A stretch of DNA of 64,000 nt from Anaerolineae bacterium. Its GTDB lineage: Bacteria; Chloroflexota; Anaerolineae; B4-G1; DUEL01. The notes below the pieces were generated by a model. The model saw nothing but the letters and a program-made list of their open reading frames with translations, did not search any database and was not told the origin of the DNA. This document shows positions 49,154-60,066 of the stretch, in pieces (the first letter of the stretch is position 1; each line of letters starts with the position of its first letter). The DNA lies in assembly GCA_049972045.1 (NCBI GenBank), contig JBMFKS010000002.1, positions 11,511 through 75,510 of the forward strand. The letters are read 5' to 3'. The position numbers were made by a program, and so were the translations under genes.

Positions 49154-49387
49154 ATGGAGTTCAAGCCGTCCGTTCATAAAGACTTCCGTCATTTGCCCAG
49201 ATCGGGGGTTGAGCGCGCGCTGAGACGGATTGAGGAATTGCGGGAAAACCTTTTCCTCCAGGGGTGGAGAAATTGGATATAGGCTTCGTCTGGGCGATGA
49301 TCGCGTCGTGGATGAGGTGATACACGGGCAAGGCGAAACCCAGTCATATATGTTCGCCATCGCCTGGAGGTATACCGAGCGCTTTAA
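49154..49387 (+). pseudogene. RelE/ParE-family toxin pseudogene (at least two frameshifts) inserted between rpsC and rplP
   Basis: Frame A: MEFKPSVHKDFRHLPRSGVERALRRIEELRENLFLQG. Frame B: ..GGEIGYRLRLGDDRVVDEV. Frame C: ..NPVIYVRHRLEVYRAL*. Together these reproduce the RelE/ParE consensus (...L.G.L.G.YRLRVGDYRviYeV....v.ilrIgHRkdvY). Confidence 0.7.
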
Positions 49388-49411
49388 TGATCCAGCAGGG
49401 GAGTGAAACCG

Positions 49412-49834
49412 ATGTTGATGCCGAAACGGGTGAAATATCGCAAGCAGATGCGCGGGCGGATGAAGGGCCGCGAGAGCCGGGGCACCGAGGTCGCCTTTGG
49501 CGAATACGGCCTGCAGGCGTTGGAGCCGGCCTGGATCACCAGCCGTCAGATTGAGGCTGCCCGGCGGGCCATCGTCCGCTTCGTCCGTCGGCGCGGAAAG
49601 TACTGGATTCGGATTTTTCCTGATAAGCCGGTCACGGCCAAGCCCGCCGAGACCCGCATGGGGAAGGGAAAGGGCGCCGTGGACCACTGGGTGGCGGTGG
49701 TGCGGCCCGGCCGCATCCTCTTTGAACTGGCGGGCTTGCCCGAAGAACAGGCCCGGGAAGCCATGCGGCTGGCGGCCAACAAACTGCCCATCAAATGTCA
49801 GTTTGTCACCCGAGAAAAACTGGTGGGGGAGTAG
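49412..49834 (+). CDS. rplP: 50S ribosomal protein L16
   Basis: '[19 protein letters not shown]'. Confidence 0.95.
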   Translation: MLMPKRVKYRKQMRGRMKGRESRGTEVAFGEYGLQALEPAWITSRQIEAARRAIVRFVRRRGKYWIRIFPDKPVTAKPAETRMGKGKGAVDHWVAVVRPGRILFELAGLPEEQAREAMRLAANKLPIKCQFVTREKLVGE

Positions 49835-49835
49835 C

Positions 49836-50051
49836 ATGCGAGCCAGAGAACTCCGGATGTTGACGGACGCCGAACTGCGGGCCCGATTGGAAGAGGCCTA
49901 TCGGGAACTGTTCGTCCTGCGGCAGGACTGGTTTATGAACCGCCTGCAGGATAATAACCGTATCACCGCCACGAAGCGGGATATTGCCCGCATCAAGACC
50001 ATCCTGCGGGAGCGGGAGTTGGCCCGGATGTTGCAGGAGGCGACGCAATGA
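49836..50051 (+). CDS. rpmC: 50S ribosomal protein L29
   Basis: '[26 protein letters not shown]'. Confidence 0.93.
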   Translation: MRARELRMLTDAELRARLEEAYRELFVLRQDWFMNRLQDNNRITATKRDIARIKTILRERELARMLQEATQ

Positions 50052-50320
50052 GAGAGCGGCGGAAACGGCTGGTTGGGCGCGTCGTCAGCGACAAGATGCA
50101 GAAGACGGTGGTGGTACAGGTAGAGCGGACCCGCCGCCACCCGCTCTACGGCAAGGTGGTGCGGGTGCGGAAAAAGTACTACGCCCACGATGAGGAAAAC
50201 GCTTGCCGCACGGGCGACTTGGTGCGGATTGTAGAGTCCCGGCCCCTCAGCCGGCTCAAACGGTGGGTGGTGGAGGAGATTCTGGAACGGTCTGAGCGTC
50301 CTGAGGAGGTGGCGGCATGA
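50048..50320 (+). CDS. rpsQ: 30S ribosomal protein S17
   Basis: '[20 protein letters not shown]'. Confidence 0.95.
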   Translation: MRERRKRLVGRVVSDKMQKTVVVQVERTRRHPLYGKVVRVRKKYYAHDEENACRTGDLVRIVESRPLSRLKRWVVEEILERSERPEEVAA

Positions 50321-50688
50321 TCCAGCAGGAAACCCGTCTGACAGTGGCAGATAACACTGGAGCAAAGGAACTGCTCTGTATTCGCGTGATGGGAGGCTCC
50401 AAACGGCGGTACGGCTACGTCGGGGACGTCATCGTGGCGACGGTCAAACAGGCTACGCCCAACGCGTCGGTGAAGAAAGGGGACGTGGTCAAGGCCGTCA
50501 TCGTCCGCACGGCCAAGGAGTACCGGCGCCCCGACGGCTCCACTATCCGCTTTGACGACAACGCGGCAGTCCTTCTGGATGCCACGGGCGTCAATCCGCG
50601 CGGCACCCGCATTTTCGGGCCGGTCGCCCGGGAGTTGCGGGATAAGGGGTTTATGAAGATCATCTCGCTGGCACCGGAGGTGCTATAG
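50317..50688 (+). CDS. rplN: 50S ribosomal protein L14
   Basis: '[18 protein letters not shown]'. Confidence 0.96.
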   Translation: MIQQETRLTVADNTGAKELLCIRVMGGSKRRYGYVGDVIVATVKQATPNASVKKGDVVKAVIVRTAKEYRRPDGSTIRFDDNAAVLLDATGVNPRGTRIFGPVARELRDKGFMKIISLAPEVL

Positions 50689-50750
50689 CGGCATGCGCCG
50701 TACGGGCTGTATTCCGTACGCCGGATGGTTTTTGTGGAACGAGGTGAAGA

Positions 50751-51074
50751 ATGGGCATTCGGGTCAAGAAAGGAGATACGGTGGAGGTCATCGCGGGGGA
50801 TGACCGGGGGAAGCGCGGAGAAGTCCGGCAAGTGCTTCCGAAAGAGAATCGGGTGGTGGTGGCGGGGGTCAATCTGGTCACCAAGCATCAGCGCCCGATG
50901 CGTGCGGGCCGGGGACAGATTCAGCCTGGGCGAATTCAGTTTGAGGCGCCCATCCACCTTTCTAACGTCATGCCGGTCTGCCCGCACTGCAAGGAGGCCA
51001 CGCGGGTGGGCTTTGAGCGCCAGGAGGACGGGCGCAAAGTGCGGATTTGCAAGCGATGCGGACAATCCTTCTGA
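50751..51074 (+). CDS. rplX: 50S ribosomal protein L24 with a C-terminal Zn-ribbon extension
   Basis: KOW '[18 protein letters not shown]'. The C-terminus is 'CPHCKEAT...CKRCGQSF'. Confidence 0.93.
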   Translation: MGIRVKKGDTVEVIAGDDRGKRGEVRQVLPKENRVVVAGVNLVTKHQRPMRAGRGQIQPGRIQFEAPIHLSNVMPVCPHCKEATRVGFERQEDGRKVRICKRCGQSF

Positions 51075-51106
51075 TGGAATCCGCATGGGAATTTGCAATC
51101 TAAAGG

Positions 51107-51658
51107 GTGAATCCAATGCAGCGGTTACAGGCTTTGTATCGGGAACAGATTCGGCCGACCCTCATGCGGGAGTTTGGCTATCGCAATATCATGGAAGTCC
51201 CGCGACTGCAGAAAATCGTCATCAACATTGGCATGGGGGAGGCGCTGGACAACCCCAAGTCGCTGGATTTCGCCGTCCAGGACCTAGCGACGATCACCGG
51301 TCAGCGGCCTGTGATCACCAAGGCGCGCAAGTCTGTGGCCAGTTTCAAGTTGCGGGCCGGCCGGGCCATCGGGGTGAAGGTGACGCTGCGGGGCGAGCGC
51401 ATGTGGGCGTTCTTGGACCGGCTCTGCAACGTGGCGCTCCCCCGGCAGCGGGACTTCCGGGGCGTTTCTCCTTCGGCCTTTGACGGGCGGGGCAACTACA
51501 CCCTGGGGCTGCGCGAACAGTTGATTTTCCCGGAGATCAACTACGATAAGATTGACAAAATTCGCGGGATGGAAATCACCATTGTGACCACCGCGAAGAC
51601 GGATGAGGAGGCCCGGCGGCTGCTGGAACTGCTGGGGATGCCGTTCCGGCGGCGGTAA
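51107..51658 (+). CDS. rplE: 50S ribosomal protein L5
   Basis: L5 family; 'VINIGMGEA'. Confidence 0.95.
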   Translation: MNPMQRLQALYREQIRPTLMREFGYRNIMEVPRLQKIVINIGMGEALDNPKSLDFAVQDLATITGQRPVITKARKSVASFKLRAGRAIGVKVTLRGERMWAFLDRLCNVALPRQRDFRGVSPSAFDGRGNYTLGLREQLIFPEINYDKIDKIRGMEITIVTTAKTDEEARRLLELLGMPFRRR

Positions 51659-51670
51659 TATGGAGGAAGT

Positions 51671-51853
51671 ATGGCAAGAAAATGCATGCCCTATCGGGAA
51701 ATGCGACGGAAGTATAAGGTGCAGGTGCGGAATCGTTGCCAGCGCTGTGGCCGCCCGCGCGGCTATTACCGCCGCTTCGGCCTCTGCCGCATCTGCCTGC
51801 GGGAACTGGCCCTGGAGGGGCTCATTCCCGGACTGACCAAGTCCAGTTGGTGA
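51671..51853 (+). CDS. rpsZ: 30S ribosomal protein S14 type Z (zinc-binding)
   Basis: 61 aa; '[20 protein letters not shown]'. Confidence 0.95.
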   Translation: MARKCMPYREMRRKYKVQVRNRCQRCGRPRGYYRRFGLCRICLRELALEGLIPGLTKSSW

Positions 51854-51866
51854 GGGTGACGGACCG

Positions 51867-52280
51867 ATGACGGTGACAGATCCGATTGCCGATATGTTGA
51901 CCCGCATGCGCAATGCGATCGCGGTGGGGCATCCCACCGTGGAGATGCCCTCTTCCAAAATGAAAGTTGCCATTGCCCGTATCCTGAAGGAAGAGGGGTA
52001 TATTGAGGACTACCGGGTGGTGGAGTCGCCGGAGCAACCGCGCTATCGCCTGGTCATTCGCCTGAAGTATATTGGGGAACGGCGGAAGCGGCGGTCTGTC
52101 ATCCAGGGACTGCAACGGGTCAGCAAGCCGGGCCGCCGGATTTATACCCGCGCGTCGGAGATTCCCTGGGTGAAAAGTGGTATGGGCATTGCCATCCTCT
52201 CCACTCCGAAGGGAATCCTCACCGGCGAACAGGCCCGACGGCTGCGGGTGGGCGGCGAGGTCATCTGCTACGTGTGGTAG
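51867..52280 (+). CDS. rpsH: 30S ribosomal protein S8
   Basis: '[13 protein letters not shown]'. Confidence 0.95.
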   Translation: MTVTDPIADMLTRMRNAIAVGHPTVEMPSSKMKVAIARILKEEGYIEDYRVVESPEQPRYRLVIRLKYIGERRKRRSVIQGLQRVSKPGRRIYTRASEIPWVKSGMGIAILSTPKGILTGEQARRLRVGGEVICYVW

Positions 52281-52290
52281 GGAGGACGGG

Positions 52291-52860
52291 ATGTCGCGGA
52301 TTGGTCGGATGCCGATTCCTTTGCCCCCCGGGGTGAAGGTGGAAATTCAGGGCAGCCAGGTCACCGTGAGCGGCCCAAAGGGGACGCTGACGCGTACCTT
52401 TGACCCGGCGATGCAAATTGTGAAAGAAGATAACACCCTGCGGGTCTACCGGCCTACCGATGCCCGGCAACACCGGGCGTTGCACGGGCTGACCCGCGCG
52501 CTGCTGGCGAATATGGTGGAAGGGGTCTCCCAGGGATTTCAGAAGCAACTGGAGATTCGCGGCGTGGGGTACCGCGCCGAGCGCCAGCCCGACGGGACGC
52601 TGGTGATGCACCTGGGCTTCTCCCACCCGGTCCGTGTCCGCCCGCCGGAGGGTATCACCTTTGAGGTGGACCCCAAAGCGGGCATCATCACCGTCCGGGG
52701 CGCGGATAAGGAGACGGTGGGACGGGTTGCCGCCGAGATCCGCGCCTGGCGCCCGGCCGACCCGTACCTGGGGAAAGGGCTCCGCTACCTGGGCGAGCAG
52801 ATCCGCCAGAAGGCCGGGAAGGCCGGCAAGGGTAAGGGCAAGGGTAAAGGGAAGAAGTAA
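52291..52860 (+). CDS. rplF: 50S ribosomal protein L6 with a Lys/Gly-rich C-terminal tail
   Basis: 'MSRIGRMPIPLPPGVKVEI'. The tail is 'KAGKAGKGKGKGKGKK'. The ATG at 52291 follows GGAGGACGGG. Confidence 0.93.
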   Translation: MSRIGRMPIPLPPGVKVEIQGSQVTVSGPKGTLTRTFDPAMQIVKEDNTLRVYRPTDARQHRALHGLTRALLANMVEGVSQGFQKQLEIRGVGYRAERQPDGTLVMHLGFSHPVRVRPPEGITFEVDPKAGIITVRGADKETVGRVAAEIRAWRPADPYLGKGLRYLGEQIRQKAGKAGKGKGKGKGKK

Positions 52861-52898
52861 GGAGTAGGGATTGGAGGAGGGATTAAGGAGGAGGGATT

Positions 52899-53264
52899 AT
52901 GGTGGAGAAAGATCGCCGGTTGGGACGATTGCGCCGACGCAAACATGTGCGCAAAAAGGTGTTTGGCACGCCTGAGCGTCCGCGCCTGAACGTTTTCCGC
53001 AGTCTGCGGCATATCTACGCCCAGGTGATTGATGATACAGTGGGCCACACGCTGGTCTCCGCTTCCACTCTGGACCCGGAGGTCCGCGAGCAGATTGCCG
53101 GGCTGAAGAAGACGGAGCAGGCCCGGGTGGTGGGGAAGGTCCTGGCGGCCCGCGCCTTGGCCCGGGGAGTAACGAAGGTGGCCTTTGACCGGGCGGGATA
53201 CAAGTACCACGGCCGGGTGAAGGCCCTGGCCGACGCCGCCCGCGAGGGGGGGCTGGACTTCTAA
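52899..53264 (+). CDS. rplR: 50S ribosomal protein L18
   Basis: L18 family, 121 aa. Confidence 0.92.
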   Translation: MVEKDRRLGRLRRRKHVRKKVFGTPERPRLNVFRSLRHIYAQVIDDTVGHTLVSASTLDPEVREQIAGLKKTEQARVVGKVLAARALARGVTKVAFDRAGYKYHGRVKALADAAREGGLDF

Positions 53265-53283
53265 TTACACGGAGGGCAAGGGA

Positions 53284-53820
53284 ATGGACCTGGATCAAGA
53301 ATTTGAACTGGAGCCTACGGCGCCCGTAGAGTTAGACGAGCGGGTCGTGGAGATCAAGCGGGTCGCTAAGGTCATCAAGGGCGGGCGCCGGTTCGCCTTT
53401 CGGGTAACCGCCGTCGTCGGCGACCACAACGGCCGCGTCGGCATCGGCGTGGGCAAAGCGCGCGCCGTCCCGGACGCCATCCGCAAGGCCACGGAGCGAG
53501 CGCGGGCTTCTATGATCACCATCCCTCTGGTGGGGCGGACCATCCCGCACGATGCCATTGGCGAATGTAGCGGCGCCCGGGTGCTGATCAAGCCCGCCTC
53601 GCCAGGTACCGGCGTCATCGCGGGCGGCGGCGTGCGCGCCATACTGGAGGCCGCGGGCATCCACGACGTGCTGACCAAATCTATGGGGAGTTCCAGCATG
53701 CTTAACGTGGTGAAGGCGACCATGGAGGCCCTGAAGCAACTGCGCTCCTACGAAGAACTGGCGCGGGAACGGGGCCTGCCGGAGACCCGGGTGATGCCGT
53801 TCTGGATGCGGGGGCGGTAG
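53284..53820 (+). CDS. rpsE: 30S ribosomal protein S5
   Basis: '[17 protein letters not shown]'. Confidence 0.95.
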   Translation: MDLDQEFELEPTAPVELDERVVEIKRVAKVIKGGRRFAFRVTAVVGDHNGRVGIGVGKARAVPDAIRKATERARASMITIPLVGRTIPHDAIGECSGARVLIKPASPGTGVIAGGGVRAILEAAGIHDVLTKSMGSSSMLNVVKATMEALKQLRSYEELARERGLPETRVMPFWMRGR

Positions 53821-53869
53821 TGCCGGTAGATGGTATCTGGTAACGGGTAGTCGGGAGAGAGTCAGACCA

Positions 53870-54064
53870 ATGGAAACGCAAAAAGTGCTTCGTATCACCC
53901 TGGTTCGCAGCCCGATCGGGTATTCCAAAGACCAGAAGGCGACCGTTCGGGCGCTGGGCCTGCGCCGTCTCCACCAGACGGTGGAGAAGGCCGATACGCC
54001 AGCCATCCGGGGTATGGTGGCCAAGGTCCAGCATATGCTGAAGGTAGAAGAGGTTGAGGGATGA
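53870..54064 (+). CDS. rpmD: 50S ribosomal protein L30
   Basis: '[27 protein letters not shown]'. Confidence 0.93.
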   Translation: METQKVLRITLVRSPIGYSKDQKATVRALGLRRLHQTVEKADTPAIRGMVAKVQHMLKVEEVEG

Positions 54065-54540
54065 AACTGCACGAGTTGCAACCGGCGGAGGGTTCCAAGA
54101 AGCGCCGCAAGCGCAAGGGTATCGGTATCGCGGCCGGTCAGGGGAAGACCAGCGGGCGTGGGACGAAGGGGCAGAAGGCCCGCAGCGGGGGCAGCATCCC
54201 CCCGTACTTTGAGGGCGGGCAATTGCCGCTGGTTCGCAAACTGCCCTTTGCCCGGGGTGTCGGTTTCCGGAATCCCTGGCGGGTCCGCTTCACACCGGTC
54301 AACGTGGACCGGCTGGCCCGATTCGCGCCGGGGAGCGTGGTGACGCCGGAGGAACTGGCGGATGCCGGCCTGATCCGGGATGCCGATGAGTGGGTGGTCA
54401 TCCTGGGGCGGGGGGAGTTGAACATCCCGCTGACCGTGAAGGCCCATCGCTTCTCCGCCAGCGCGCGGGCCAAAATTGAGGCCGCTGGCGGCACCGTGGA
54501 GGAGTTGCCCTGGGAGCGGGGCGGCTACCGGACGCGGTAA
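54061..54540 (+). CDS. rplO: 50S ribosomal protein L15
   Basis: '[18 protein letters not shown]'. Confidence 0.95.
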   Translation: MKLHELQPAEGSKKRRKRKGIGIAAGQGKTSGRGTKGQKARSGGSIPPYFEGGQLPLVRKLPFARGVGFRNPWRVRFTPVNVDRLARFAPGSVVTPEELADAGLIRDADEWVVILGRGELNIPLTVKAHRFSASARAKIEAAGGTVEELPWERGGYRTR

Positions 54541-54543
54541 AAC

Positions 54544-54855
54544 ATGAAGCCGATACGTCTTTCAGGGCATGCTCGGGAGCAGTTGCGGTATCGGGGAGTG
54601 ACTGAGGGAGAAGTAGTAGAGGCGATTCGTACCGCGTCCTGGTGTCCTGCGGAACGAGGACGGCTGGAGTGCCGGAAGAACTTTCCCTTTGGGCAGGAGT
54701 GGAACGGCAAATTTTACGCCACCAAACAGGTGCGACCTGTATTCGTCGAAGAGGCCGATGAAATTGTCGTATCTTGGAGACGACTGTCACCACGAAGCAC
54801 CTGGATGAGGGAATCGCAGCCGACTACGATGCCGAGGGACGTCTGGCGGGAATAG
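54544..54855 (+). CDS. DUF4258-like small toxin-type protein (HA..R...RG.TE.EV motif) with an atypical extended C-terminus
   Basis: 'MKPIRLSGHAREQLRYRGVTEGEVVEAI...RKNFPFGQEWNGKFYATKQVRPVFVEEADEIVV'. It begins 4 nt after rplO. The tail overlaps the next gene in another frame. Confidence 0.55.
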   Translation: MKPIRLSGHAREQLRYRGVTEGEVVEAIRTASWCPAERGRLECRKNFPFGQEWNGKFYATKQVRPVFVEEADEIVVSWRRLSPRSTWMRESQPTTMPRDVWRE

Positions 54856-54971
54856 AAATTCGGGATGCCCTGAAGCGGTTTGGGCGGGATGACGTTATGC
54901 GCCAGGTTATCCTGGAAAATGTGGCGCTGATACCGGTTCATCGGGATGTACCGGAAGAAATACCTGCATAA
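54770..54971 (+). CDS. DUF2283-like small antitoxin-type protein; possibly frameshifted near the 5' end, or using the TTG at 54774
   Basis: '...IAADYDAEGRLAGIEIRDALKRFG' matches the DUF2283 core (..DYD.dGrlvGIEIl.as). ATG-AAA-TTG-TCG-TAT (MKLSY) at 54770 is in a different frame from the body. Confidence 0.5.
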
Positions 54972-54980
54972 GGAGTGAGG

Positions 54981-56300
54981 ATGATCCAGGCTGTCCGTGA
55001 TGCCCTGAGGCTTCCTGACCTGCGGCGGCGGTTATTCTACACCCTGCTGATTCTGGTCATCTTCCGCGCGGCCTCTCACGTGCCGGTGCCGGGCATTGAC
55101 CGGGAGGCCCTGCGCAGCCTGACCGGTGGAGCGGCCCAACTGGTCAACATTCTGGACCTGCTCTCCGGCGGCGCGGTGGCGGAGTACTCCGTGCTGGCCA
55201 ACGGGGTCTATCCGTACATCAACGCATCCATCATCATCCAGTTGCTGGTCCCGGTCATCCCGGCGCTGAAGCGGCTGGCGGAGGAGGAAGGGGAAGCCGG
55301 ACGGCGAAAACTGAACCAGTGGACGTACTACCTGACCATTCCCCTGGGGATGTTGCAGGCGTGGGGTCAGGCCCAGTTGTTCAACGCCGCGGCGGTGCGC
55401 CCGGTCCTGCCCAACTTTGGCTTTGATCAGCCCGCCCACGTCCTGCCTACCATCTCCGTACTGATCGCGATGACGGCGGGCACAATGTTCGCCATCTGGC
55501 TGGGTGAGTTAATCTCCGAGCAGGGCATCGGCAACGGCCTTTCGCTGATTATCTTTGGCGGCATCGTTGCCCGGACGCCGGCCAATGTGGCGCGGATTTA
55601 CACCACTGACGGGTTCCTGGGCATTCTCTTCTTTTTGATTATCACCGCGCTGGTGGTTTTCGTCATCGTCTACGTCCAGGAGGGGGAGCGGCGCATCCCA
55701 GTGCAATACGGCAAACGGGTGCGGGGCCGGCGGATGTACGGCGGCGGCAGCACCTACATCCCGCTGCGGGTCAATATGGCGGGGATGATCCCGCTCATCT
55801 TCGCTCAGTCCATTCTCACTTTCCCGGCAGTCATCGCCCAGTTCTTTGCCAATTCGTCCAACGCGAGCGTGGCGAGGGCGGCGGCAGACATTATGAATTT
55901 CTTCAGCGGGCACACAGTGGAGTGGTACACCACTCTCTTCTATGCGCTGCTCTACTTCGCCGCCGTGGTCGGCTTCACCTATTTCTACACCTTCGTGCTG
56001 GTGGAGCAACAGAATCTGCCGGAGAATCTGCAGAAGTATGGCGGGTTCATCCCGGGCATCCGTCCTGGCAAGCAGACAGCGGATTACATTAACGGGATTT
56101 ACAAGCGCATCACCCTGTTCGGGGCGCTGTTCCTGGGCGGTGTGGCGGTCCTGCCCTTCATCGTCCAGTTGGTGATGAACACCCGGGTCCTGCTCATCAC
56201 CTCGGCGGGGCTGCTCATCGTTGTCGGCGTCGTGGTGGATACCATGCGGCAACTGGAGGCCCAGTTGTTGATGCGGCACTATGAGGGGTTCATCCGGTGA
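54981..56300 (+). CDS. secY: preprotein translocase subunit SecY
   Basis: 10-TM SecY family. AAGGAG lies 5 nt before the ATG at 54981. Confidence 0.96.
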   Translation: MIQAVRDALRLPDLRRRLFYTLLILVIFRAASHVPVPGIDREALRSLTGGAAQLVNILDLLSGGAVAEYSVLANGVYPYINASIIIQLLVPVIPALKRLAEEEGEAGRRKLNQWTYYLTIPLGMLQAWGQAQLFNAAAVRPVLPNFGFDQPAHVLPTISVLIAMTAGTMFAIWLGELISEQGIGNGLSLIIFGGIVARTPANVARIYTTDGFLGILFFLIITALVVFVIVYVQEGERRIPVQYGKRVRGRRMYGGGSTYIPLRVNMAGMIPLIFAQSILTFPAVIAQFFANSSNASVARAAADIMNFFSGHTVEWYTTLFYALLYFAAVVGFTYFYTFVLVEQQNLPENLQKYGGFIPGIRPGKQTADYINGIYKRITLFGALFLGGVAVLPFIVQLVMNTRVLLITSAGLLIVVGVVVDTMRQLEAQLLMRHYEGFIR

Positions 56301-56305
56301 ACACC

Positions 56306-56629
56306 ATGCCGATTCCCATCCGGGAGATCGCCGAATTCTGTCAGCGCTGAAGGATTTGCGCATTGGCCCTCTTGGGCTCCGCACCGCGGGATGACTTTTC
56401 CCCCGATAGCGACTGGGATTTTCTGGTTGACTTTGAGCGGGATGCCGATTGGGGTCTCTTAGAACACGTCCAGATGCAACAGGAATTGCAAAGCCTTTTT
56501 CAGCGCGGGGTTGATCTGATTACCAAACGGGCCCTGCTCCGGAGTCCCAATCGGTTGCGGTGTCGGGAAATTCTGGGAACGGCCCGGGTCCTTTTCTCCA
56601 GACCTGAGGAGAGGAATGCGGCGGGATGA
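56306..56629 (+). pseudogene. MNT-type nucleotidyltransferase (antitoxin) gene with an in-frame TGA
   Basis: MPIPIREIAEFCQR-TGA(56348)-RICALALLGSAPRDDFSPDSDWDFLVDFE... reproduces the ..L.LFGS.ARGE...SD.DLLVEF nucleotidyltransferase motif across the stop codon. Confidence 0.65.
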
Positions 56630-56805
56630 GGTTACCCTGCTGGATATTGCCCGTGCAGCCGTCTCATAGCGTCTTTCGTCACTGGTTAGACGAAGGCGGA
56701 ATTCCTGGACGACGTGAAGACCCAATCGGCTGTGCTGTACCAGTTGCTGGTCATCGGAGAGGCCGTCAAGCAGCTTTCGGGGGCATTTCGGGCTCAGCAC
56801 AATGA
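56616..56805 (+). pseudogene. HepT/DUF86 (HEPN toxin) remnant: premature TAG, frameshift, and 3' truncation by repeat copy B
   Basis: MRRDEVTLLDIARAAVS* then, in the +1 frame, ..FLDDVKTQSAVLYQLLVIGEAVKQLSGAFRAQHNEVP* (compare the HepT '..IGEA.K.LS.E....hPEIPW'). The repeat starts at the conserved P|W. Confidence 0.6.
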
Positions 56806-56875
56806 GGTGCCCTAGTGGTTTGTCAACAGCACTTTTGTGGGTCTTTGCGCCCTCCAGTAGGGCAACTGTGAGCAG
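56803..56875. repeat. copy B (inverted orientation) of the ~75-bp palindrome-containing repeat
   Basis: Its reverse complement is cgtaggcaactgctcacagttgccctactggagggcgcaaagacccacaaaagtgctgttgacaaaccactagg, ~90% identical to 15508..15583. Confidence 0.8.
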
Positions 56876-57006
56876 TTGCCTACGCCTTGTGGCCTGCATG
56901 GGCCCCTGGCCGCGTCAGCAATTCGGACCCATAAGTATAAACTTGACTAACCACTCGTCGCTGATTGCGGGGAGGATAGAACCGCTGCTTCCTTCGGAGT
57001 AATCTG

Positions 57007-57669
57007 ATGGGCTGCCGGATCGTACTGTTGGGAATGCCTGGAGCGGGCAAGGGAACCCAGGCGGAGCAACTGGCTCAGGCGCTGGGTGTCCCGCATGTGG
57101 CCAGTGGAGACCTGTTCCGGGAGCACCTGGATCAGGGGACGGAACTGGGCCGCCAGGCGCGGGCCTATATGGAGCGGGGCGACCTGGTGCCCGATGAGGT
57201 GACCATCGGCATGGTCGCCGAGCGGATCGCCCGTCCGGATTGCACTGGCGGCTTCATCCTGGACGGCTTCCCGCGCACCGTCGCGCAGGCGGAGGCGCTG
57301 GAGCGGCTCCTGCGGGGGAACGGGACCGCGCTGGATATGGTCGCGTTCATCCGGGTGCGGGAAGAAGTGGCCCTGGCCCGCCTGGCGGGCCGCTGGACCT
57401 GCCGGAACTGCGGGGCCGTCTACCACACCCTGTTTCATCCGCCGAAGCAGGCGGGGGTATGCGACGCCTGCGGGGGCGAACTCTATCAGCGTCCCGACGA
57501 GACGGAGGAAGCCCACCGCCGCCGCCTGAAGGTCTACCAGGAGCAAACGGCGCCGCTGGTGGACTACTACCGCCGGGCCGGCCTGCTGGTGGAAATAGAC
57601 GGCGAGCAGTCCATTGAAGACGTCCAGGCCGACTTGCGGACGGCGGTGGAGGTGGCCTGCGGCCGATGA
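57007..57669 (+). CDS. adk: adenylate kinase (Zn-lid type)
   Basis: 'ILLGMPGAGKGTQA'; LID cysteines CRNC...CDAC. Confidence 0.96.
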   Translation: MGCRIVLLGMPGAGKGTQAEQLAQALGVPHVASGDLFREHLDQGTELGRQARAYMERGDLVPDEVTIGMVAERIARPDCTGGFILDGFPRTVAQAEALERLLRGNGTALDMVAFIRVREEVALARLAGRWTCRNCGAVYHTLFHPPKQAGVCDACGGELYQRPDETEEAHRRRLKVYQEQTAPLVDYYRRAGLLVEIDGEQSIEDVQADLRTAVEVACGR

Positions 57670-58451
57670 TCCACCTCAAGTCGGCGGGCGAGATTGAAAA
57701 AATGCGCCGGGCCGGGCGGATTGTCGCCGAGGTCCTGGAGCGGATGCGGGAGTGGGTGGCGCCCGGCGTCACCACGGCGGAACTGAACCAGAAGGCGGAG
57801 GAACTGATCCGGCGCCGGGGCGGCATCCCGTCCTTCCTGGGCTATCCGCCGGGCAGTCCGCATCCTTTTCCGGCCGCGATCTGTACGTCCATCAACGAAG
57901 AACTGGTCCACGGCATCCCCGGCCCCCGGGTACTGAAAGAGGGGGACATTATCAGCATAGACGTCGGGGCCATCTACGACGGCTATCACGGCGACGCGGG
58001 CATCACCCTGCCGGTGGGGGAGGTGAGCCCGGAGGCCCGGCGGCTGTTAGAGGTGACGGAGGGTGCCCTCTATGCCGGTATCGCCCAGGCCCGGGCCGGG
58101 AACCGCGTCGGCGACATCTCTGCCGCCATCCAGACCTTCGTGGAGTCCCGGGGCTATAATGTGGTCCGGGGGTACACCGGGCACGGCATTGGCCGGCAGA
58201 TGCATGAGCCGCCGCCGATTCCCAACCACGGAGAGCCGGGGCAGGGCCCGCTGCTGCGGTCGGGAATGACCGTCGCTATAGAGACCATGGTCCTGGCGGG
58301 CGACTACCGGGTGCGGACCCTGCCCGACCACTGGACCGTTGTCTCCGTGGACGGCAAACTGACGGCCTACTTTGAACACACCGTCCTGATCCGGGACGGA
58401 GAGGCGGAGATACTGACTCCGTGGCATATTGCTACTGTCAGCGGGGTATGA
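57666..58451 (+). CDS. map: type I methionine aminopeptidase
   Basis: 'MIHLKSAGEIEKMRRAGRIVAEV' plus metal-ligand blocks. Confidence 0.95.
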   Translation: MIHLKSAGEIEKMRRAGRIVAEVLERMREWVAPGVTTAELNQKAEELIRRRGGIPSFLGYPPGSPHPFPAAICTSINEELVHGIPGPRVLKEGDIISIDVGAIYDGYHGDAGITLPVGEVSPEARRLLEVTEGALYAGIAQARAGNRVGDISAAIQTFVESRGYNVVRGYTGHGIGRQMHEPPPIPNHGEPGQGPLLRSGMTVAIETMVLAGDYRVRTLPDHWTVVSVDGKLTAYFEHTVLIRDGEAEILTPWHIATVSGV

Positions 58452-58682
<231 letters not shown>

Positions 58683-58690
58683 TATAGTGA

Positions 58691-59074
58691 ATGGATCCGT
58701 CTCCCTGCTTTAAAGTTGACGAGAATTTGCCCGTTGAGGTGGCAGAATATCTGCAGCAAGCGGGGTATGATGCCAGGACTGTATGGGAAGAGGGAGTTAG
58801 CGGGGTATCGGATGCCGTCATCGCCGACATCTGCCTTAGGGAAAAGCGGGTGCTTCTGACTTTGGATACCGATTTCGCTGATATTCGCAGGTACCCGTCT
58901 GAAGATTATCCCGGCTTGGTGGTTCTGCGATTGAGGAGGCAAGAAAAGCCTTACGTGTTGAGGGTGGTGTCTCGTTTGCTTCCTATGTTCAGGGTAGAAC
59001 CTGTTAAGGGGCGGCTTTGGGTTGTAGAAGAAGAACGCGTCAGGATCCAGGATCAGAGCAGGAGGATAAAGTGA
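58691..59074 (+). CDS. DUF5615-family PIN-like (Mut7-C-like) protein (putative toxin)
   Basis: '[25 protein letters not shown]...[25 protein letters not shown]...GLVVLRL'. Its stop overlaps the rpmJ GTG. Confidence 0.75.
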   Translation: MDPSPCFKVDENLPVEVAEYLQQAGYDARTVWEEGVSGVSDAVIADICLREKRVLLTLDTDFADIRRYPSEDYPGLVVLRLRRQEKPYVLRVVSRLLPMFRVEPVKGRLWVVEEERVRIQDQSRRIK

Positions 59075-59184
59075 AAGTTTCACCGTCCGTCAAACGGCGC
59101 TGTCCCAAGTGCAAAATCATCCGGCGCAAGGGCGTGATTCGGGTCATCTGCGAGAACCCGAAGCACAAACAGCGACAGGGCTAA
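59071..59184 (+). CDS. rpmJ: 50S ribosomal protein L36
   Basis: [40 protein letters not shown] start after GGAGGA. Not in the ORF track (<60 aa). Confidence 0.9.
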   Translation: MKVSPSVKRRCPKCKIIRRKGVIRVICENPKHKQRQG

Positions 59185-59213
59185 TCTGCTATTTGCAATC
59201 TGCTGGAGGACGT

Positions 59214-59603
59214 ATGGCTCGTATTGCCGGTGTAGACCTGCCCAGAGACAAACGGGTGGAGATTGGTCTGACCTATATCTACGGCATCGGGCGCAGCCTG
59301 AGCAATCAGATTCTGCGCAAGGCCGGCGTGGACCCGGATAAACGGGTGAAAGACCTCAGCGAGGCCGAGGTGGCCCGCTTGCGCGAGATTATTGACCGCG
59401 AGTACAAGGTGGAGGGCGACCTGCGGCGCGAGGTACAGATGAACATCAAGCGCCTGATAGAGATCGGGTGCTATCGGGGGCTGCGCCACCGGATGAACCT
59501 GCCCGTGCGCGGTCAGCGCACGCGGACGAACGCGCGCACTAAGCGAGGGCCCCGCAAGACCGTTCCCGGTCGTGGCCGTCGCCGGGGCGCCAAGAAGAAG
59601 TAA
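59214..59603 (+). CDS. rpsM: 30S ribosomal protein S13
   Basis: '[26 protein letters not shown]'. Confidence 0.95.
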   Translation: MARIAGVDLPRDKRVEIGLTYIYGIGRSLSNQILRKAGVDPDKRVKDLSEAEVARLREIIDREYKVEGDLRREVQMNIKRLIEIGCYRGLRHRMNLPVRGQRTRTNARTKRGPRKTVPGRGRRRGAKKK

Positions 59604-59633
59604 TCTCACGTTTCACGTTTCACGGAGTGGACT

Positions 59634-60029
59634 ATGTCTCGTGCTCAACGCCGTCGGAGAGTTACCCAGCGGGTGCGCCGCGCGATCCCGCGCGGGGTGG
59701 CCCACATTCACGCCAGTTTCAACAACACCATCATCACCATCACCGACCCTCAGGGGAACGTCATTAACTGGGCCAGTGCGGGGCTGGTGGGCTTCAAGGG
59801 CTCCCGCAAGAGCACGCCCTTTGCGGCCCGCCAGGCCGCCCAGCGCGCGGCCAAAGATGCCCTGGATGCAGGGGTGACCGAGGTAGATGTGCTGGTCAAG
59901 GGGCCAGGCCCGGGGCGGGAGGCGGCTATCCGCTCCCTGCAGGCCTCGGGGCTGAAAATCCGGTCCATCACCGATGTGACCCCTATCCCGCACAATGGGT
60001 GCCGGCCGCCGAAGAAGCGCAGGGTGTAG
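59634..60029 (+). CDS. rpsK: 30S ribosomal protein S11
   Basis: '[18 protein letters not shown]'. Confidence 0.95.
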   Translation: MSRAQRRRRVTQRVRRAIPRGVAHIHASFNNTIITITDPQGNVINWASAGLVGFKGSRKSTPFAARQAAQRAAKDALDAGVTEVDVLVKGPGPGREAAIRSLQASGLKIRSITDVTPIPHNGCRPPKKRRV

Positions 60030-60066
60030 GTGGGATTAGAAGTAAGGATTAGGGGGTAAGAGGAAT

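Noticed and set aside
54774-54971. Treating the DUF2283-like gene as cleanly intact, starting at the TTG at 54774.
   Set aside because: An ATG at 54770 (MKLSY, matching the family N-terminus) lies in another frame 4 nt upstream. This suggests a 1-nt indel, so both possibilities are kept open.
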